DNA from: Octopus vulgaris | Taxonomy: Eukaryota | Direction of reading: 5' to 3' | DNA: 64,000 nucleotides | Assembly: GCA_951406725.2 (NCBI GenBank) | Contig: OX597838.1 | Coordinates: 20,522,001-20,586,000, forward strand | In this document: positions 12,158-31,672 of the stretch, in pieces | Numbering within the stretch: the stretch's first letter is position 1 | Layout of the letters: each line of letters opens with the position of its first letter | The notes under the pieces: model-generated | The model's database searches: none | Seen by the model: only the letters and a program-made list of their open reading frames with translations | What the model was told of the DNA's origin: nothing | Translations under genes and position numbers: made by a program

Positions 12158-14147
12158 TTACAGATTACTCTGGATCCAGTCTCGGAAATATCCGACATCG
12201 CTGAAAGCGCTGATTTCTATGTCACAATTACGTCCGAAGGATGTTACACCAGCTAAGACCATTTGACCATTTGAACTTGGACAATAAAGTGGACCACCAG
12301 AGTCACCCTGAAAAAAACACAAACAATATAAATTTATATTTAGTGAAAACGCAGCACAAGGCCAAACAGAGGTGGAAAACGATGAAGGAGTACGTCTGCT
12401 CGAAGTAAAAAGTTGATATGCGTCGAGACATGGAGTCTGAAATCTTGAGGAGAATAACGACACGATGGAAGGTGTTAGCCTCCATAAAAGATGTGCTCAA
12501 AGCAAAGCTAGACAACTTAAAGGTGGTAATTCGGGAACAAAGCGGATTGAAGGGTGTGATGGTAGAATATGAAAACCACAAGTTTCACAGGGCCGGACAT
12601 GTTGCAAGGCTCACAAACAATAGGTGAACCCATGCAATTGCCGAATGGTTACCAAGAGATCAGAAAGGTCACTCGGGAGGCCCGTCTAACGGCAATGGGG
12701 AGATAATTTAGTAAAACGATTTTGGAGAAGATGGAAAGAAATAATTTAGTAAAACGATTTTGGAAGATTTTTGCAAGATGGAAAGAAAAGCGTAATAAAG
12801 AAAGATTTGGAAGCTCCTTAAGACCAGCGGCGAATAACAACATTTGACAGTGTTGTCAATACAGAGGAGCAGTGTGTTCACAAAATTAATCATTTGTTTA
12901 ATGTATTATTCAATAGAGAACTTTACTTGTAAAGTTGAATAGTTTTCTTTTCGCCCGTTTCAGCTTTTGTGGATCCGATATACTTGCATCAATACAGACA
13001 TGCACACACATACACATAAATAATGCGTGTGTGTATGCGCGTATGTGTGTGTGTATTAGCGACGGGGGGCAATATTAATACAGTGAGGGAATAATTTATC
13101 CCATCTTAAAAGTGGATGTTCTGTTAGAACAGGCTATACTGTGGTAGATGCCATGAGAGAAACTCTCATATTGGCTTTTGGTGCAAAATGTATTCTTGTT
13201 TATATCGAAAGCGTGGAGACATATCCCAGCCATCTGCAGCAAAATGTATATTTATCATTTAAGGAGATATATCGGTTAGATATCGCTAGAGGTATATATT
13301 CTTATTTCTTTATTGCCCACAAGGGGCTAAACATAGAATGGACAAACAAGGACAGACAAAACAGATTAAGTCGAGTAAATCGACCCTAGTGGGAAACTCG
13401 TACTTAATTTTATTGACCCCGAAAGGATGAAAGGCAAAGTCGACCTCGGCGGAATTTGAACTCAGAACTCAGCGGCGGACGTAATACCACAAAACATTTC
13501 GCCCGGCTTGCTAACGATTCTGCCAGCTCGCCACCTGACTAGAGGTATATATTCTACAACATCAATAAAACATACCTGGCAAGTAGATGCTCCACCTTGT
13601 CTGAAATCTCCGGCACAGAGAACTCCCTCAGCAATTCGCATCCTTGACCTTTGTGTACATACATCATGGGGAATAGCTGGAAGAGCCACTTTGTATAATT
13701 CATCAGGACTGTTTCCTTTAACTGAAAATAACACAATTGAATGATGATTAATATCGATTGACGATGATTAAATTGAGATGATAGGAACATCTGATGGAAA
13801 TTTTATGATACTTACATTGGAAATCTCCCCATCCAGCAGCGATACATCTTCGGGTACCAAATGTTTCTCCTTTACTGGCCAGTTGTGCAAACTTGACACA
13901 TCTACCTTCACGGACTGGGTCGCTCAAAGTCAGTATGGCAATGTCGTTCTCTGTAAGGGTAAAACATACATATATGTTAAACTTACGTATATGCTGGTCA
14001 TGAATATATATGTTTCAATAGATATATACAGATATATATGATGTATATACATATAATAGACATTCGTGCAATATAGACATAAGTTTATATGATAGCCAGA
14101 AATAACATTATATGTGTGAGAGTGTTTGTATGCATGTATGTATACAC

Positions 14148-14182
<35 letters not shown>

Positions 14183-14219
14183 TACATACACACACACACA
14201 CACACACAGACACACACAG

Positions 14220-14295
<76 letters not shown>

Positions 14296-14568
14296 ACAAG
14301 GAAGCAAGTTCCTCTTATAGGGATCTCAAGCTTCTAATGTGTAAGTTTTGTCCTGCTTTGCCCGGATGAGATTTTTACTCGAAACATTTCCAAAATATGA
14401 ATTTTAATAAATTTGTTATTGCTTTTAGGTTTGAATGGAAACAATTATAGGGTTTACTAATATTTACATTTATATTATAATAATAATTTTATGTTAATAA
14501 ATTAACATATGTCCGTTTGAACTCTACACTTCCATTTTATCATTTGTGTATATATGTATGTATGCATG

Positions 14569-14615
<47 letters not shown>

Positions 14616-14872
14616 ATACATATGTTATACATATGCACATATAATAATACATTGTAGAATAGTATAAGCAACGTCTTTGTCGCAATATAGATGCAGCGAA
14701 AACAAACTAATATCAGCAAATGACACTTTGTTGCACTGATCGTCATAATCTTCACTATCATCATCATCATCATCATCATCATCATTATCATCGCCATCAT
14801 CATCATCATCATCGTCATCCTCATCATCGCCATCATCATCATCATCATCAACATTATTATTATCATCATCAA

Positions 14873-14934
<62 letters not shown>

Positions 14935-16629
14935 CCATCATCATCATCGTTTTCATCATTATAAGCTGCAGCAGTAGTAGAGATAGCAGTAATTACCGAG
15001 ATGTAATGTAGATATCATTTTGCACAAAGCTTCAGTTCTGATGAGTATATCCTGAATGTTTGGATAATGCAAAATGCGACGAATAAGGAGAAGAAAATGT
15101 CAGTATTTAAACATTTCTTATAGGAACACTGAAAGGAAAATACCAAACAATAACTATCGTATATTGACACGAGATTGCAATTGATGAAACACCGATATTT
15201 ACTGATGTATGGTTGAGAGGAAGAAAGAATTTATAAGAAAATATCTGAAGACGTGATAATTGTAATACTCACGTATCAGGTATGGAGTATGTACGTATCC
15301 ACCATGTTTCACAATTCTACTTGCAGTTGTTGACTGAGAACCAGGACTCCATTTGTTGTTGGAACCGATGTTTACTTTCACCCTTCTGACGTTTCCTTCG
15401 CTAAAATCAAATCAAATATGGCGGATCTTTAGCAGAGAGTAATTTTATACCGTAATATACTTGAAATTTGTCAATAAGCATTGTAATATGAGTCTCATAT
15501 TGTTTTGTTATTAGTAAACGTTGTTGTCCATTTAAATGTTGCATTTCAGATCGTTTGTGTTATTAAAATATATTTCTGTTGGTTGTTCGTCTGAACGATA
15601 TTAAACGCACAGAAAATAAGATAATTAATTAATACACACAAAATGTAGAAGAATGTTCAAAGATCGAAGTGTTGTATTCATTTGACAGAACATATTTTTA
15701 AGAACACCGAGCATATATCTTTATTAAAATATTGATGTCAAACTTTAGCACAAGGCCAGCAAGTGTGGGGTAGAGAGTCGATTATATCGGCCCAAGTGTT
15801 CAACTGGTACTTATTTTATCGATCCTGAAATGGGATGAAAGGTAAAGTCGACCTCGGTGGAATTTGAACTCAGAACGTAAAGACGGGCGAAATGCAGCAA
15901 AGTCTTTTTCCGGTGTGCTAACATTTCTGCAAACTTGCCGCTTTATTTTCATCTAAATATATGCGCTCGTTTATGGTGTAAGTCAATATATTCTAAAATT
16001 GTTGGAAATACAAAATCCAATGTAAACTTTAGCCCGTTACCAAAGCCAGTATATACGTTGCTGTTTATACCAATGTCAAATTCTGTTCAACTTTTATATT
16101 ATACGAACACAGAAACTAAACATTCTTCATAAACATCAACTGATGTAATACGAAGATATGAAAGTGTCAATCTGTACTGTTTATATATAAAAATACTTAC
16201 AGGCAGTGAGCTGCTGTCAATACGTGTGTAGAATCAATCAAAGTACCTCCACATAAGCTAATCATGTTATCTGTAGGTTGGTTAAATATTTGGAGGTGGA
16301 CAATGGAAGGAAACTCGCAGTTTTGTGCTGGAGATCCATCGACGATTTGTGTTTTAGGTGCTGAAAGACAATCACAAAAGGAAATAAATTCATATTTGTA
16401 GATAAATCATTTTTTAATGTCTATGATATATCGATTACTGTAACTTATATGGTTGCAATTTTGTTAGCTTTAATTAATTACGAAAAGTAACTATCTTTTC
16501 GGACATATTTTCAGCATAAAATTAATGATTTAAAAATACTGATACCGAGATAAATGCTTCGGCGGAAAGACATGACTTACCAGCAAAAACTGAAGCAACC
16601 GTAAAAAGAAGGCAACAGAGAGACAACAT
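12158..16629 (-). CDS. Gene B: secreted chymotrypsin-like S1 serine protease, 255 aa. Exons 16581-16629, 16201-16360, 15273-15400, 13816-13950, 13576-13721, 12158-12307
   Basis: Same exon lengths and phases as gene A. MLSLCCLLFTVASVFA-APKTQ|IVDG, LTAAHC, NDIAIL, STCQGDSGGP, WIQSNL*. TATA upstream; AATAAA at 12142-12147. Confidence 0.93.
14755..14960. repeat. (CAT)n microsatellite in gene B intron 3; counterpart (GAT)n at about 21365-21605 in gene C
   Basis: Direct reading of the sequence. Confidence 0.9.
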
Positions 16630-19539
16630 GGTGATTCTAGATGTTCAGTTATCTGTGTAGAATAATTCAACTGATGCTAGAGTTATGAATCGTGTGGTAT
16701 TTATAGGTAAGTATCATTAGGAAAACATCTTTGAGGATAAAACAGCTGTAATTATTCATCAATGTTCGAACAATAAGACAAAGAACAAGAGAGAATGTTT
16801 TAATGTAAAGTAATTTATGTTATAATATGAAATATATAATCAATACGATTTTATATTATCTCATCAAAGTGCTGTTCTAATTTCTATTAAACGAGTATTG
16901 TAATCTTTTGAGGTGTATTGTAATATCTTAAATGAATACATCTTCAAAGTAGTTCCCATTTTTTTTTATATGGACGTGAAAATAATTACCTTTTGTGTGA
17001 TATAATATATATTTTATTATGATGATATCAATGGAAGATTGATCCACCTGAATATTATTCCATTAACTGTCATTTTAAAAGTACGGATCTTGTATAGTTA
17101 TTTCTTGCTTAAAAATATTTCTGTTAATTAATAAACGCAAATATGTTAGTATTAATGTCATCTTGATTGTTTTAGTCACAACGTTTCGGACGTTTTGTCC
17201 TTCAAACTTTTTAGGTTTCCGTTGCATTCAGTTTCAATACGAAACATAAGTTTCGAAGCGAACCTTGTATTAAATCCATGCCTGCACTTTGTATTTATTT
17301 CGATATCCATATTGGGACCAAGTTTTACTGTAAACACTGTTGTCCAATATTAAGTTATTTTCTGTCATGCTATTACTATGAAGAAATCTCCACTTTTGTA
17401 TCCTATTAGTTACTGTCTAATGAAGTCCGTATTTCCTGTGTTCATTATAGCACCTGCAAGGTTCTTTTATAATACATAAAAAAGAATCTGAGGGCATGGC
17501 TGTATGTCAAGAGATTTATTTCCCAACCACATGATTCCGGATTCAATTTCATTGCGAGGTACTGGCGAGTGTTTTCTATTATGCCCTAGAGTGACTCAAA
17601 GCTTTGTAAATGGATGTGGTAGGCGGAAACCATTGTGTGTGTGTGTGTATGTGTGTGTTTATGTGTTTGTGTGTGTACGTTCATCGTTTTTGTACCTGTG
17701 TTTGTCCTCCCCAATGCTTGACAACTGGTATTGATGTGTTCACGTCCCCAAAAGTTAGCGGTTCGCCAAAGGAAGACCGACAGAATAAGTAACAGGCTTT
17801 TAAAAAAATCCTGAGGCCCAGTTTTTCGACTACAGTTCGCATGGCTGCAGTCTAATGACTGAAACAAGTAAATGACAAAAGATAAAAGACAGCTAAATTA
17901 TGGTTGTTTCAAAGTATATGGTTGTTTCAAATATATGGTTGTTTCAAAGTGGGAGATGTTGGCAATTCATTCTTGAGTCTCATGTTCAGAGCTGCCAATA
18001 GTTGATGCTATTGTGCTGTCACATTACTCGTGGTGTATAAGGCTATATACCACGATTTACAGCAAGAACAGTTTTTCTGAAGTTCACTTAATTTTTGAAC
18101 GAGTATTGAAGCTGCTCAGTACCATCCACTATTGGCTGCTCTAAAGAGAAATCTCAGGAACGGATAGCCAACATATCCTATATCAAAACAACCATATACG
18201 CAGTTTTCAAATACATAAAACAATTCCTAATTCAACCGAGAAAGCACTTTCACGCTTTCACATATTATCAAAATCATCGCTACGCTAACATTACGGAACT
18301 ATCACATAACAAGCGTATATGATGGCTTTTCCAGTCGTTGTATTAATATATTAATATATTATATATTATATATTAATATTCTATCATCTTGACTTTGTTC
18401 CGCAAAAGTTGTTGGCTTCTGTTTTCTGTCACAACTGCTTTATTTTTTTCTCCATCCCACACACAGATCATAGCTTTACAATGTAGTCCTACTCTTAAGG
18501 GGTACATAGTCTCCCTTTATATGAGGTGATATAGCTTAACATAAAATTCCACGGGGTGTAGTACACAAAGTTATTGGTCATGATATTTTATTTTAGTGCC
18601 TTTCTTCAAAAGAGATGTCCTCGAACGCCATTGATAAAGTCCTCAGTAGAACTAACATAGAGATTAACACTTTATAGGGGTCTCTTTTGAAGAATGAAAG
18701 AACATTTCGCTTATGACCATGAAAAAATTAGGTTTTGATATTTCTAATTTCCGTTACATAATTCCCTTACATGACCATATGACAATGTGTATAAGAGTTG
18801 ATAAAGTGATCGGTATCGTAGGAGAACTGACGAGCATGAGTTCTGCCTCTGAGTCACGCAAACAATAATAAACAGTTCGTTCCAAGAGGAACGATCAAGA
18901 GACATCACATGTAAAAAGAGTAACAAATGGGAGAATGGTGCTGATACAGATACTGGAACGAGGACAATACACAACCATAGATATAATACAAAGGTTCGCT
19001 TCGAAACCCGTATTCTATCTTGAGAGTTACGGAATTCGGCAGAAACTGAAAAAGACTGAGGAATGTAACGGGCAAAAAGCTGTAATAATTACAGCGAAGA
19101 CGAGGACAATAATCCCAACATATTCGCGTTTATTAATTAACAGGAAATATTTTTAAGCAAGAAATAACTATACAACATTAATACAAACTGGTTCATCATT
19201 TTAAAATGACAGGTGATGCAATAATATTCAGGTGGATCAATCTTCCATTGAAATCATCTGAGTGGTCAACACAATAAAATATATCTTACCACACAAAAGG
19301 TAATTGTTTTTCACGTCCATATAAAAAAATATGGGAGCTATTTTGAAGATGTATTAATTTAAGATATTTCAATACAACTCAAAAGATGACAATACTCGTT
19401 CAATAGAAATTAGAATAACACTTTAGTAATATAATATAAAATTGTATTGATTATATATTTCATATCATAACAGAAATTACTTTACATTAAAACATTCTCG
19501 GTTGTACTTTGACTTATTGTTCGAACATTGATGAATAAT

Positions 19540-19625
19540 TACAGCTGTTCTTTCCTCAAAGATGTTTTCCTAATGATACTTACCTATAAATACCACACGA
19601 TTCATAACTGTAGCATCAGTTGAAT
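19540..19625 (+). promoter_or_regulatory. Gene C core promoter: E-box, TATA and Inr
   Basis: CAGCTG at 19542-19547, TATAAA at 19585-19590, TCAGTT at 19616-19621, ATG at 19661. Conserved in the divergent gene E (CAGCTG 49455, TATAAA 49497, TCAGTT 49531). Confidence 0.7.
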
Positions 19626-19660
19626 TATTCTACACAGATAACTGAACATCTAGAATCACC

Positions 19661-24705
<5,045 letters not shown>

Positions 24706-24868
24706 GAAGTACTTTAATAAAGATGTCTATTTACAGAGGAATATCACCAGAATATTATTCACACTGTATTAACAAATGAATAAATATATAAAATAATTTA
24801 TCAAATTGTTGTTGTTGTTGTTGTTGTTATACTGTTACACGAGAATGTTCAACTATATCTCTGTTTTC

Positions 24869-25210
24869 TTGAAGGCGCATGGCTCAGTGGCTAGAGCATC
24901 GAGCTTACGATCGTGAGGTTGTGAGCTCGAATCCCGGACCGGGCTGCGCGTTGTGTTCTTGAGCAAGACACTTTATTTCACGTTGTTCCAGTTCACTCAG
25001 CTGTAGAAATGAGTTGCGACGTCACAGGTACCAAGCTGTATCGGCCCCTTTGCCTTTCCCTTAGATAACACTGGTGGCGTGAAGAAGAGAGGCTGGTATG
25101 CATGGGCGACTGCTGGTCTTCCATAAACAACCTAGCCTGGACTTGTGCCTCGGAGGGTAACTTTCTAGATGCAATCCCATGGTCAGTCATGTCCCAAGCG
25201 GGTCTCAGTA
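24869..25210 (+). mobile_element. tRNA-derived SINE (paralog of 1837-2178)
   Basis: tggctcagtgg A-box, ctcgaatcc B-box and ttgagcaagacactt CORE-like segment. Confidence 0.8.
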
Positions 25211-27865
25211 TACTCTCTTGAGTATAGAGTCAATCTCACCTAGAATTATGGTGCTTGAGATAGATGGAAACCCAAAAACAACATTGGTATGTGTGTATAG
25301 CCCACATAATTCGTCTGTAGCAGACGAAATTGAAAATTTTTATACAACCCTTCGTTCAACCATTGAGCAAGTACCTCTCCATAATTTTCTGGTTATAGCT
25401 GGTGATCTGAATGCTAGACTAGGACCCGATGAGACCAAGTTTACTTTCAACTCTAAAACCAATCGGAACGGAGAAATGCTCAAAGACTTCTTGGAGGAAT
25501 TTAATCTCTACACCTCCAACAACTCTTTTATGAAACTAAAAGGTCAACTTTGGACATTTGAGTCCCCACTTGGTGATAGGGCACAAATTGACTACCTCAT
25601 CTTTCGAAAGAAATGGCGCAATAGTGTTAAGGACTCGAGATCCTACTCTTCCTTTAGTTCTGTCGGCTCTGACCACAGAATTGTATCAGCTACCGTTAAG
25701 CTTAGTCTTCGCTCATCCAAAAAAACTAAGCCTCACCCGATCAAAATGATCGACTGGGAGGAAGTCTTATCTAACCCCGATATGTCCAAACAATTTACTA
25801 TTGAGGTCTATAACACATTTCAATCTCTGTCTACTTCTGAAATAGATGCTGAGAACATTGAGGAAGTATACAGCAGCCTCATCAAATCAACAGAGGAAGT
25901 TGCACTGGCTACTCTTCCCAAAAGGAAGAGTAGGGGCCAGAGCAAACCTTCTAATTCCCCAAATGTCATCGAAGCCAGAAACCATCTAAAGTCTATATCA
26001 CTAGCTTACCACCGTTCTCCATCCCAGTCACTGAAGATCCAACTCATAGCTGCTAGGAAGAATCTTGATGAGGCTTACTTGAACGCCGAGGTCGAATTTA
26101 TCAATGGCAAAATTAGTAAACTATCGAAAGAGCACATTAGTAAAAACACCATCTCGCCTGGAAATCCATCAAAGACCTATCAGGCAAAAGTTCTGGGTCA
26201 TCAATTAGAATTAAAGGGGGATCAGCTAAGAAGCGTTTAGAAAATTGGTCAACCCATTTTAAAAACCTCTTTGGGAAGAATGCCAAAATCCCTGATAACC
26301 CCACTCTTCCAAGTGTGCCTATATCAGACACGCTGGACATCAACACCTCCCCTTTTACCATATTTGAACTAACAGCAGCCACCAAGCAACTAAAAGCCTC
26401 GAAAGCATTTGGTCCCGACAACATCCCGGCTGTAATTTGGAAGGATGATAGATTTCACACACTTTTGCTCAACCTCTGCAACCACACACTTTCCACCTTT
26501 GTCGCTCCAAAGATTTGGCACCAATCTCAAATCATTCCAATACCCCAAAAAGGCGATTTGTCCCTCGTCACCAACTACAGGGGCATATCTCTAATGTCAA
26601 TTGCTGCAAAACTGTACAACAAACTGATCCTAAATCGTCTTGTCCTTTTTGTTGAACCTTTGCTCCGAAAGAACCAAAATGGATTCAGACATGGGCGCTC
26701 AACGCTGAGCCAGATACTATGCCTGCGCAGACTTATTGAAGAATCAAAAGCATTTAATCGCGATCTTGCAATGGTATTTGTAGACTTTTCTAAAGCGTTC
26801 GATTCTGTAGATAGGTACAAGATGTTTGAAATCCTTAAGCTCTATGGGATACCAGACAAAATTATTTCTGCCATCAAGGTCCTCTACACAGATACGTCTT
26901 CAACCATCTTAACCCCTGATGGAGAAACATCATCTTTCTCAATCAAAGCCGGAATACTGCAGGGAGACACACTCGCCCCATTTCTTTTCATCATTGTTGT
27001 TGATTATGTGCTACGTATGTCAGTTGATGCCATCTCTGGAAAGGGCTTTGAAATAAAACCAAGAAGAAGTTCCAGACACCCAGCTGAGTACTTGACAGAC
27101 ACTGACTTTGCTGACGACATCGCTCTTATCAGTGATTCTCTCTCCAATGCCCAGTCTCTTTTATAATCTCTTGAACAAGCCTCAAATTGTGTAGGTCTTT
27201 ACCTCAATGAGGCCAAAACTGAATACATAAACAAGTGCCTGTCCAACAGTGATTGCATCATCCATACTCTCAACAGTGCGCCTTTAAATATGGTTTCTGA
27301 TTATAAATATCTTGGGTCATACATATCATCATCTGGAAAAGACTTTCTAACTAGAAAGGGTATGGCCTGGTCAGCCTGTAATGACATGCATAAGATCTGG
27401 TCATCAAATCTAAGTAGAGACTTCAAACTTGAAATATTCAAAGCCACAGTCGAACCAATTCTACTATATGGCTCAGAAACCTGGACGTTATCAAAGAAGC
27501 TTGAGAGGCGGTTGGATGGAACCTACACTCGCCTCCTCATGAGAGCTCAAAATCTCTCGTGGAGGCGCCATCCAACCAAAATGCAAATATATGGGAAATT
27601 ACCACCTGTGTCATCTCTTGTGAAAGGTAGGAGAGTCCAGTTTGCTGGACATTGTTGTAGAGCTGAAAAAGAGGTAATTTCTACTCTTCTCCTCTGGAAG
27701 CCATCTACTCGCAATACCAGAGGGCGCACACTCTCCTACCCTGATGTAATCTCCAGGGATACAGGCATCCAGCAATAGGACCTCCGTAATGCTCTGATGG
27801 ACCGTGAAGTCTGGCGTAACATAGTAAATTCCATTGTCTCGACCACGGCCGAACAATGATGATGA
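25211..27865 (+). mobile_element. 5'-truncated, recently inactivated RTE-clade LINE (APE endonuclease plus reverse transcriptase)
   Basis: APE motifs VYSP, GDLNA, IDY and SDH; RT motifs NYRGISL, DFSKAFD, QGD and FADD; RTE-like LLYGSETWTL and FAGHC. One frameshift near 26140 and premature stops at 27164-27166 and 27776-27778. (GAT)n tail. Confidence 0.9.
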
Positions 27866-27920
27866 TATCTCTGTTTGCAAGTTTGTTTCTAATAATTTTG
27901 TAGAAGAATGGTATTTCCTA

Positions 27921-28137
27921 CGAGGGGGTGCTGAAAAATCCCGTGCTTTAAGGGCATCGCAAAAAGCCTGGCTGGAGGCCCAAACTTTCGAATTCTTTTA
28001 CAGGGTTTAGAAAACCTGAAGGGCTGTTGCAATAAGTGTGTGAATCTGAGAGGAGAATATGTTGGATAAAGTCATAATGAACTGTTTCTCCTGTATTTTA
28101 TTTTACCCAGAGCAAGGAAGTTTTCAACACCTCTTCG
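27921..28137. mobile_element. Mariner-type MITE
   Basis: TA|cgagggggtgctgaaaa ... ttttcaacacctcttcg|TA. Confidence 0.7.
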
Positions 28138-29399
28138 TACGTATGACAGTCGCGTGTATCTCTTTTCCCATTGTTCCACTATATTGTTAGGCAAGTCTGT
28201 GGAGATTATAACTAAATCATAACAGCGATTAATACAGCAATATCAGTTTCTGTTTCACAGACGGTTGATGGTTTCGTTGTTCCTATTTCAAAAGCAAAAC
28301 GGAATTTATCTGAAGAATGCAGAATGCTAAAGTATTACAAAATGACATCTTGAAATCTACTCTATTACTCTTTTACTTGTTTCAGTCATTTGACTGTGGC
28401 CATGCTGGAGCACCGCCTTTAGTCAAGCAAATCGACCCTAGGACTTATTCTTTAGAAGCCTAGTACTTATTTTATCTGTCTATTTTGCCGAACCGCTAAG
28501 TTACAGGGACGTAAACGTACCACCATCGGTTGTCAAACAATGTTGGGGGGGGGGGCAAACACAGACACAAACATATACACACACATACATATATATATGC
28601 ATATATACGACGGGTTTCTTTCAGTTTCCGTCTACCAAATCCACTCACGAGGCTTTGGTCGGCCCGAGGCTATAGCTGAAGACACTTGCCCAAGGTGCCA
28701 TGCAGTGGGACTGAACCCGGAACCATGTGGTTGGTAAGCAAGCTACTTACCACACAGCTACTCCTATAGTTGTAGATATATGTTGCAGTGAATAAAAATT
28801 AGATATGAGGTTGAAGTTTTTCAATAAACTTGAAAACATTTCCATTAAACAATATTAAAATTGAAATTTATGAAAAATTTCCAGACAGTCTAGATTTTAA
28901 TAATTGCTCTCTTTTAGCAATAGTTATACAATCCAAATTAACTAGTAGGCGGCTTTCTTTATTATTGTGTAGAAAAGACAATATTAATGTCAGACAGTAT
29001 AATACACTCTTCAAACACATTTGAGTGTCATTTCTTTATTAAGATTTTTATTTTATTAAATTTTCTGAAAGTTGGAACAAGTTCATTTATTTGAGGTTAT
29101 AACCTCTCTTTATTGTTTCAACCAGCAACATATTTCAGTATTTTTAAAAGTTTCAAGAAATTTCATTATTAAAAATTCTCAATTTTTCCATTAAAAAAAA
29201 AAGAAAAAAATCAAGAGACACATTTTTCTTTATCAATGCTTTAATAATGGCTTCAAATTTTGGTACCAGGCCAGAAATTTAGGTCGATTATCCCGAAAGG
29301 ATGAAAGATAAAAATCGACCTCGGCTTTATTTGAACTCAGAACATGAAGACGGACGAAATGCTACTAAGCATTTTTCCGGCGCGCTAACGATTCTATTA

Positions 29400-29760
29400 G
29401 TGACATGCTGTCGTACATTTTCGACCCTGGGCCCTAGGCTTAATTCAGACATCTATGCTAAGCTACTGGAGAATCTGGTCAAACCCAGGCTGGAAAAGGT
29501 TGCTGCTGGAAGGTCATATGCATGGCATTAGGATTCGCCACCTTGCCATACCTCCAGAAAGTGTCAGAAATGGTTGTCGGGGAATTTCTACGACTTCACT
29601 AACCCCAGTTTCTGGCCTCCTAGTCCTCCCGGTTGTATTCCACTTCACCTGCGACACCAAGGCCGAGCTGGAGGTCAAGGTCATCCTAGAAACACAGTGA
29701 AAAACGCATGCGCCGTTCCGGAGCCGACTTCAGGCCTTGGTGGAAGTAGACTGTTATCTC
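29400..29760 (+). mobile_element. Tc1/mariner transposase fragment
   Basis: YAKLLENLVKPRLEKVAAGRSYAWH*DSPPCH...FWPPSPP. Homologous to 46646-46984. Confidence 0.7.
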
Positions 29761-30411
29761 CCAGCCATAATCTAGTTAAGATTTTTTGATTCTTGAAAAT
29801 ATTTTTATCTTTGGATAGGGCATTGTGTTTTTTTTTCCTTCGATGCAAACTGTTAAATTTATCTCGAACACTCTGTATTAGCCATTAAAAACACACAAAG
29901 ACTGTTAACTTCACTGAAATATTTATTATTTAGTATCAAAATATTTATCGAACCAACTGTGACCTAGTCCCAAACAACACCGTTGCATCTCATGTCAGCG
30001 ATCAGGCCGCAGTTGGTACGACAAGACAAGATATGTTGGTCTCAAATTTTGACACAAGACCAACAAATTTTGGGGGAGGGGGCGAGTCGATTACATCAAC
30101 CCCAGTGCTCAACTGGTACTTATTTTATTGATTCCGAAAGAAGGTGAAAGGCAAAGTCGACCTCTGCGGAATTTGAACTCAGAACGTAAAGACGGATGAA
30201 ATGCCGCCAATCATTTTACCCGGCGTGCTAACGATTCTGCCAGCTCGCCACCTCACTTGGTACGAAGAAATATATTGGTTTCAAATTTTGACACAAGGCC
30301 AGCAGTTTCAGGGTGTGATGGTAGATAGTCGATTACATTGACCCCCCCAGTACTCAACTGGTACTTTATATTTTCGACTCCGAAAGGGAATGAAAGGTAA
30401 AGTCAACTTTC

Positions 30412-30479
<68 letters not shown>

Positions 30480-30493
<14 letters not shown>

Positions 30494-31250
30494 ATGTGGA
30501 GGGTTGGGGGTAGCGAGCGTTTCGAAATGCTGATAACAGTTGCGGAAATACGGGATGCGATGATGGGCTGCACAGGAGTAAATTACCTGGCTTTACTTTT
30601 ATTTGCCAAACTTGTTTGGGCGCCTCTTAGTAGACACCTACCGCAAGTGGCAGCACAACGGGAGAATCCTTCGTTCTGTGAGTTGTGGAGCAGTGACACT
30701 GCTGAGAAAGGACCTAAACATCAAGTGCCCGAACACTGCTGATTTGTGGGTTTATGTCGAACACCTGTTGGCTGGTCCGGCCATCGGCCGAGTCCAACAG
30801 GAAGATCACTCCGCTGCTATCCTTTTGGCAGGAAGGGCAGGCAGTGTTTCTAGACGACATTGAAAGGGCTGAAGAGATGCTTTCCTCTTTCGTCAAACCC
30901 TCATCAACTGTTTCAGTTTTCACTTCAAAAGGAAAGTGAGGGTAGAGTGGGAAGTGCTGCCACCCAGCAAATTTGATAAAAGGTGGGTGAATGTAGCGCG
31001 AATGGTCCGAGTGAACAGGCCTTCTCTAAGCATGCGCCTCTACATCGTGGGTATGTGAAGTGGAGAGGGCACATGCTCTAGAGGTCAGGGCGATCGTGGT
31101 CTCTGTGGGGTTTCCATGAGCAACCCTAGGAGTCTCACTCATTTGGGGATTTTAATTGTTAGAATTTTATTTGCCTTTATTCTTTTGTTTACACGTTTTA
31201 ATCCCACTTTATTGTAATTGTATTGTCCTGTATCGTCCCCAATGTTGTTA
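30480..31250 (+). mobile_element. Degenerate non-LTR retrotransposon 3' fragment (Tx1/L1-like)
   Basis: Broken Cys-containing C-terminal frame (..IKCPNTADLWVYVEHLL.., KRKVRVEW..RWVNVARM) adjacent to (TG)n. Confidence 0.4.
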
Positions 31251-31370
31251 TTTGACATTACCTTTCATCCTTTCGCGGTCGTTAATATAAGTACCAGTTA
31301 CGCACTGGGGTCGAGATAATCGTCTTATCCCCCGCCCCGAAATTGCTGGCCTTTGGCCAAAATTTGAAAC

Positions 31371-31412
<42 letters not shown>

Positions 31413-31420
31413 AATCATAA

Positions 31421-31485
<65 letters not shown>

Positions 31486-31600
31486 GAGTGAGAGAGCAGT
31501 TCATGCCATCAAAGTGACACTGGGGTAAAATATACGAAGCCCAATATACCCATCATGACTACCCGTCTGATAAGGGTACACCAGGCACATGCATCACAAC

Positions 31601-31672
<72 letters not shown>

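Noticed and set aside
17170-17215. Hammerhead-like remnant (GGAC/GTCC-GAAA-CG-TT on the minus strand); similar at about 7850-7885, 19053-19088 and 45228-45250
   Set aside because: The core or stem I is too decayed or truncated to call.
24869-24945. tRNA-like sequences (also about 47160-47230 and 52860-52930)
   Set aside because: They are SINE heads that continue directly into repeat bodies, without proper acceptor stems.
25179-26240. 353-aa ORF as a host gene
   Set aside because: It is the endonuclease part of a broken RTE LINE, and its ATG comes from the adjacent SINE.
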